The position numbers were made by a program, and so were the translations under genes. Shown here in pieces: positions 59,482-64,000 of a stretch of DNA of 64,000 bases (position 1 is its first letter; each line of letters starts with the position of its first letter). The DNA is taken from assembly GCA_039190745.1 (NCBI GenBank), contig JBCCXZ010000003.1, positions 59,760-123,759 on the forward strand. The letters are read 5' to 3'. This stretch comes from Planctomycetota bacterium. GTDB taxonomy: Bacteria > Planctomycetota > Planctomycetia > Pirellulales > Lacipirellulaceae. The notes under the pieces are model-generated. The model was not told where the DNA came from, did not search any database, and was given only the letters and a program-made list of their open reading frames with translations.

Positions 59482-60792
59482 CTAGTCGACGATCGCGTTA
59501 TAGACCAGCGGCTGGACGGCTTCTTTCAACCGGAACGTGAACGGCATCTTCTGCGAGAGGGCGACGACGGCCAGTTCGTCTTCGGGGGAAACCCAGAAGT
59601 GGGTGCTCGCGGCGCCGTCCCAGCCATACTCGCCGATGGCGGACTCTTTGTTGTAGTCGGTGCGTTCGACCACGGCGTAGAAGCCCAGGCCAAAGCCGAC
59701 GCCGGGGCGGACGCCCATGACGTCGAGCGGGTAAGCTGCGTCGGGCAGTTGGTTGCGGGTCATCTCTGCGACCGACTGTGGCTCGAGCAGGCGGGTGCCG
59801 TCGAGTTCGCCTTCGTTCAGCAGCATCTGTAGGAAACGGAGATAGTCGCCTGCGGTGGAGACCAGCCCGCCGCCACCGGAGAGCAGCAACGGCTTGTGGC
59901 GGAACATGCTGTAGCTGCCGACGTCGATGGGGGTGAGCCCCCCGTCGCTGGGCTTGTTGCCGTAGCTGCTGGCGAGTCGGTCGGCCTCTCCTTTGGGGGC
60001 GTAGAAGCCGGTGTCTTCCATACCGAGGGGCTCGAAGATGCGCTCTGCAAAAAAGCGGTCGAGCGTCGTGGCCGACTTCACCTCGACCAGCCGGCCGAGC
60101 ACGTCGGTGGCGACGCTGTAGGTGAAGCGTTCTCGCGGCTGGTACAGCAGCGGCAGTTTGGCGATGCGGTCGACGGTTTTTTCGAGGTTGAGCACCGGCG
60201 AGAGGATGCCCGCCTTGCGGTAGAGCTTGTCGACGGGCGTGTTGCCGAAGATGCCGTAGGTGAGCCCGGCGGTGTGGCGGAGCAGGTCGCGGACGGTGGG
60301 CTGGGTCTGCAGGTCTTCGGTCTGCAGGTCTTCGCCCTCGCCCGCCGCGTAGGCTTGCAGGGGCTCGAACTGGGGGAGGTGCTTGGCTACGGGGTCGTCG
60401 AGCGCGAGCTTGCCTTCTTCGACCAGCATCATGACGGCGACGCTGGTGACGGGTTTGGTCATCGAGTAGATGCGGACGATGGAGTCGGTCTCTAGCGGCG
60501 TCTCTTTTTCGACGTCTGCCGAGCCGGCGGCTTCGAGCAGGACGAGGCGGCCGCGTCGGGCCACGCCGACGACGGCTCCGGCGATGGCTTGTTCGTCGAT
60601 AAGCTGCTGGACGGCGGGCATGACCAGGTCGAGCTTTTCGGACGACATGCCGACCGTCGCCGGGTCGGCGGGAGCCAAGCCGATTGTCTCTAACTGCGCA
60701 GCGGTCTCGGGGGCAGCGGTTTGCGCCAGGGCGGCCAACTGCCAGCAGCTGAGGAGTGAGAAGGCGACAGCGGTCTTGAGGAGTTGGGGCAT
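59482..60792 (-). CDS. Serine hydrolase, beta-lactamase class C family
   Basis: Signal peptide, IYSMTKP (SxxK), LLRHTAGL, F.YS, GGGL.ST, YGWDG. Confidence 0.9.
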   Translation of the reverse strand: MPQLLKTAVAFSLLSCWQLAALAQTAAPETAAQLETIGLAPADPATVGMSSEKLDLVMPAVQQLIDEQAIAGAVVGVARRGRLVLLEAAGSADVEKETPLETDSIVRIYSMTKPVTSVAVMMLVEEGKLALDDPVAKHLPQFEPLQAYAAGEGEDLQTEDLQTQPTVRDLLRHTAGLTYGIFGNTPVDKLYRKAGILSPVLNLEKTVDRIAKLPLLYQPRERFTYSVATDVLGRLVEVKSATTLDRFFAERIFEPLGMEDTGFYAPKGEADRLASSYGNKPSDGGLTPIDVGSYSMFRHKPLLLSGGGGLVSTAGDYLRFLQMLLNEGELDGTRLLEPQSVAEMTRNQLPDAAYPLDVMGVRPGVGFGLGFYAVVERTDYNKESAIGEYGWDGAASTHFWVSPEDELAVVALSQKMPFTFRLKEAVQPLVYNAIVD

Positions 60793-60965
60793 GTCTCAGG
60801 ATGTGTTGGGAGTAGAAGGCGGAGTAGCGGCTTCGTGAAGTGATAGATAGATCGTGGAGAGGTTCTCCGAGCCCGTTATCGGCCGCGGAGAAGCCACCTA
60901 CAAGTGGTCTGTGCCGGGCCTCCTTTTAGGGGCGATGCCCGCCGCTTACAATTGGGGTCCGCCCC

Positions 60966-61036
60966 GCGGGTGTAGTTCAATGGTAGAACGAAAGCTTCCC
61001 AAGCTTTAGACGAGGGTTCGATTCCCTTCACCCGCT
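60966..61036 (+). tRNA. tRNA-Gly (CCC)
   Basis: GCGGGTG acceptor stem, anticodon arm AAAGC-TTCCCAA-GCTTT, GGTTCGATTCC; CCA not encoded. Confidence 0.96.
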
Positions 61037-61202
61037 TTTCTTCGAGCCATGGGCCGTAAGCTGTTCGCAGCGGGCATTCTAGGTTCAGCGGGTTTTCTTT
61101 CCTGCCCCGTGTAACGAGTTCTGCTCGCCCACGCTTGATCTTATAAGGGCGGCGTCTGCCGCTCCTGTTTGTCACGACAGATCAGAGCAGGGGAGGGTAC
61201 CT

Positions 61203-61703
61203 ATGGTGGCGCCGGCAGATCGTTTGGGGGCGGTGTTTTCGGAGTCGCGTCGGGGCTGGGCCGGGTGGCCCGCGGGCCACCCGGGGGCGGTCCGCAAGAC
61301 GTGCGGCGACGACCGGGTGCGGTTCGTGCGTTACCTCCGCTGCGGTGCGGCGTGTGTGATGGGCGCCGACGGCGCGGTGCTGTACGTGCGCTTGGCGGAC
61401 GGGCGGGCGGTGCATGCCTCACCGGGGCGGGTGATCCGGCGGGCGGTCGACGCGCCGCGGGGCGGGGTGGCGATCCAGTTCGGCAGCGCCGAGCACGACG
61501 GCGGCGGGACGCAGCAGCTGCGTGTGTACGACCCAACCGGGCGGCTTGCTTCGGTGCTGGATTTTGCTCAAGGCTGCGCTGCGGCGATCTACACGGAATA
61601 CAAAAATCGGAAGGTGTACCGGCTGCATCGAGATCCGCGCGGTTCGGTGCGGGTGACGGCGAGCTGGTCGCTGCCTGCAGAAGACGGGGGAGCGGCGGGA
61701 TGA
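61203..61703 (+). CDS. Hypothetical protein
   Basis: 166 aa with GGGAGGG upstream; ATGA overlap with the next ORF. Confidence 0.5.
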   Translation: MVAPADRLGAVFSESRRGWAGWPAGHPGAVRKTCGDDRVRFVRYLRCGAACVMGADGAVLYVRLADGRAVHASPGRVIRRAVDAPRGGVAIQFGSAEHDGGGTQQLRVYDPTGRLASVLDFAQGCAAAIYTEYKNRKVYRLHRDPRGSVRVTASWSLPAEDGGAAG

Positions 61704-62014
61704 ACCGGCTCCGAGCGAGGCTGTGCGGGCCGCTGTATCTGCCGACCGGGCGGGGGCTGCCCTGCGGGATGGCGCCGCAGGTGGCGGCGGTTGTTTGCCT
61801 GGGCTTGCTCTTAGCACTGGACGTGCCGGCGCTCGGCCGGCCGGCTGTGGCCGCGGGGGTATCGGCTTCGCTTGGTCTGTTGGCGGTGCATTTCGCCCGG
61901 CTAGCGCGTGCGGCCTGGCGGCAGTGGCTGCCGGTGGTGGGGCAGGTGTATTTGTTGATGGCCCTGCTGACATCGCTGCTGGCGGCGGTCGCGGTTCGCG
62001 ACGTCTTGCATTAG
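61700..62014 (+). CDS. Hypothetical membrane protein (3 TMs)
   Basis: MNRLRARLCGPLY... hydrophobic; translationally coupled to the previous ORF. Confidence 0.5.
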   Translation: MNRLRARLCGPLYLPTGRGLPCGMAPQVAAVVCLGLLLALDVPALGRPAVAAGVSASLGLLAVHFARLARAAWRQWLPVVGQVYLLMALLTSLLAAVAVRDVLH

Positions 62015-62072
62015 TGCGGCTTCTGGGGCAGCTCGAATAGCTTCGCTTCTGATGGATTCGTACAATGAGGAT

Positions 62073-62279
62073 ATGGCACTAGAGCGAGAACCGCGGCCAG
62101 CCCGACTGACCTGCCTCTCGGAGCAGGGATCCGAAACCGACCTCCGCGGCACCACGGTCGAGGAGCGCCTCGGCATGATGTGGCAGTTGGCGTTGGACGC
62201 TTGGGCGATGAAAGGAGAGCCGGTCGTTGACGAACGACTTCCTCGACATGTTGTCCGCGTTATCCGCGGAAGAGGTTGA
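62073..62279 (+). CDS. Small hypothetical protein (possible partner of the downstream nucleotidyltransferase)
   Basis: GAGG RBS; TVEERLGMMWQL...RLPRHVVRVIR; overlaps the next gene. Confidence 0.65.
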   Translation: MALEREPRPARLTCLSEQGSETDLRGTTVEERLGMMWQLALDAWAMKGEPVVDERLPRHVVRVIRGRG

Positions 62280-62676
62280 ATACCTCGTCGTCGGCGCTTA
62301 TGCGTTGGCGGCTCACGGGTACCCCCGCGCGACCGGTGACCTCGATTTATGGGTGCGGAGGTCGACAAGCAACTCCGAAAGGCTCTGGCGGGCCCTGTTG
62401 CGTTTCAAAGCGCCGATGAGCGACGTGACGCTCAATGATTTTCTAGAACCGGACCTTGTGTATCAGATTGGCGTTGCGCCGCGACGTATCGACATCTTGA
62501 CTAGCATTGACGGGGTCGATTTCGAAGAGGCTTGGCCGCGGCGGGGTACGCAGGAGGTTTCCGGCCTATTTTTGCCAATTCTCAGTCGCGAGGACCTTAC
62601 GCGGAACAAACGGGCGACCGGCAGGCCCAAGGACCTGGCAGATCTGGCTTGGTTGGAGGCTGATGACCCGGCGTAG
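62227..62676 (+). CDS. Nucleotidyltransferase-fold protein (DUF6036/AbiEii-like)
   Basis: YLVVGAYALAAHGYPRATGDLDLWV, RIDILT.IDGV.F, NKRATGRPKDLADL. Confidence 0.85.
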   Translation: MTNDFLDMLSALSAEEVEYLVVGAYALAAHGYPRATGDLDLWVRRSTSNSERLWRALLRFKAPMSDVTLNDFLEPDLVYQIGVAPRRIDILTSIDGVDFEEAWPRRGTQEVSGLFLPILSREDLTRNKRATGRPKDLADLAWLEADDPA

Positions 62677-62855
62677 ATTGTGCATGCCAGCAAAGCTTGC
62701 ACGCGTCTGGGTCGCTGTTCTCGTGAATCGACTCAACGAGTGGTTCCAGTCGTGCCGATAGTGACGACGGTGCGTGCAGTCGGCCGTTGGCGTCCGGCGG
62801 CCCGTAGTGGCCAAAACGAAGGGGGGCAACCTTTCGATTTGGGCGGCCCCTCGTC

Positions 62856-64000
62856 ATGCGACCGGCTCTTGGACATATGCTCTGCTTGTCGACGCTGATG
62901 GCGTCGACGCTGGTCGGATGCGCAACCTTCCTGCCGGAGGTTTCGCAGCAGCCGGTGATCCGCAATCCCTTCCCACAGCTGGTGCGGGTGGCGGTCGCCC
63001 CGTTCTTTAATCACAGCGACGAGCCGACCGTCGACGGCCGTGCTTTCGGCATGGCGTACTACGCCGAGTTGCAGTCGATCCAAGGCTTTGAAGTTGTGCC
63101 GATGGGGGTCGTCGAGGAGGCAATCATCCAGCATCGGGTTGACTTGAGCGGGCCGGGTGAGGCGCGGCGGCTCGCGGAGATCCTCGGCGTCGATGCGGTA
63201 GTGGTGGGGTCGGTGACCGATTTCGACCCGTTCTACCCGCCGCGTTGCGGGCTGCGTGTGGAGTGGTACGCGGCCAACCCGGGGCTGCACCCGATCCCCG
63301 CCGGCTACGGCCTGCCCTGGGACGGGCCCGAGGGCGAGTACATCCCCGAGGAGATCAAGTACGAGGCGGAGCTGGCGCAAGCACGGGTACACTTCGAGGC
63401 GGTCACGCCCGACTGCCGGGGCGCAACGCAGATGCTGCCGCCGCCGCCGGGGATGGAGGCGATGGGCGCCGAGGTGCCGCTGCCGCTGCCCAAGCCGTCG
63501 CCGGCTGAGACCGAGATGGCGAGCCCGACCGATGCTCCTGGGTTCGACCCGTTTGAGGAGGACGGCGTGCGTGTTGACGACGCCCTGGCGGCGTCGCAAG
63601 CGTTGGAGGAACTGCCGCCAGCGGTCGCGGTCCCTGTCGAAATGGGCGATGCAAGCGGCGGCATGGCTAATACCAAGACAACCGTTGTAGCCGGCACGAC
63701 CCCGCTACCTTGCACTGACGGGTGCTCTCCCGGTGTACCGCTAAAGCCGCCTTGCGTGCCGACAGACGCCCCGGTTCTAACCCACACGCGGCTGTACCGC
63801 GGGAACGACCCGTACGTGACAAACGCTTTGAAGGGTTACGTTTACTACCGAGACGACGCCCGCTTCGGCGGGTGGCAGTCGTTCCTGCAGCGGAGCGACG
63901 ACTTCATCCGCTTCTGCTGCCACATGCACCTCTCGGAGATGCTCACCGCGCGGGGCGGTGCGCAGGAATCGCGGGTGGTGTGGCGGTGGCCCGAGAGCCG
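62856..64000 (+). CDS. Hypothetical lipoprotein (partial, runs off window end)
   Basis: Manual translation MRPALGHMLCLSTLMASTLVGCATFLPEVSQQPVIRNPFPQLVRVAVAPFFN...LGVDAVVVGSVTDFDP; lipobox LVGC; no stop seen. Confidence 0.75.
   Translation, partial: MRPALGHMLCLSTLMASTLVGCATFLPEVSQQPVIRNPFPQLVRVAVAPFFNHSDEPTVDGRAFGMAYYAELQSIQGFEVVPMGVVEEAIIQHRVDLSGPGEARRLAEILGVDAVVVGSVTDFDPFYPPRCGLRVEWYAANPGLHPIPAGYGLPWDGPEGEYIPEEIKYEAELAQARVHFEAVTPDCRGATQMLPPPPGMEAMGAEVPLPLPKPSPAETEMASPTDAPGFDPFEEDGVRVDDALAASQALEELPPAVAVPVEMGDASGGMANTKTTVVAGTTPLPCTDGCSPGVPLKPPCVPTDAPVLTHTRLYRGNDPYVTNALKGYVYYRDDARFGGWQSFLQRSDDFIRFCCHMHLSEMLTARGGAQESRVVWRWPES

Noticed and set aside
1..64000. CRISPR array, cas genes, IS transposases, prophage, rRNA or tmRNA
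   Set aside because: No regularly spaced repeats or diagnostic protein or RNA motifs seen by eye

Overview
GC-rich bacterial chromosomal segment, very probably from a planctomycete (Pirellulales/Lacipirellulaceae-like). This is inferred from PEP-CTERM proteins with a dockerin-like pre-PEP motif, methanofuran-linked C1 genes fhcB/fhcC, a TPR + double RNAP alpha-CTD protein and several lineage-typical hypotheticals. From 1 to 40.3 kb it is mostly housekeeping: dapF, AsmA-like, tilS, a candidate 6S RNA before rny-ymdB, tRNA-Thr, tgt-yajC-secDF, fhcCB, mobA, hisB, a desaturase and an atypical ketosynthase, smpB, crcB, trpG/pabA-moeA, dxr-rseP and ftsH. From 40.3 to 64 kb it is more accessory: a tandem pair of divergent paralogous membrane genes bracketed by identical 29-bp REP-like palindromes, an M20 peptidase-BFD pair, three more PEP-CTERM proteins (unknown, GH16, S8/S53-like), an AraC-ycaC-ABM-amidohydrolase(pseudogene)-porin cluster, tRNA-Gly and a small-ORF/nucleotidyltransferase pair. 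The most notable observations are the REP-bracketed variable-cassette-like paralog pair, smpB apparently starting at a non-canonical ACG codon, the TPR-(alphaCTD)2 protein, a ketosynthase with the catalytic Cys replaced by Asp, and the 6S-like RNA. No CRISPR array, transposase, integrase or rRNA was seen. All calls come from manual motif reading; no searches were run.
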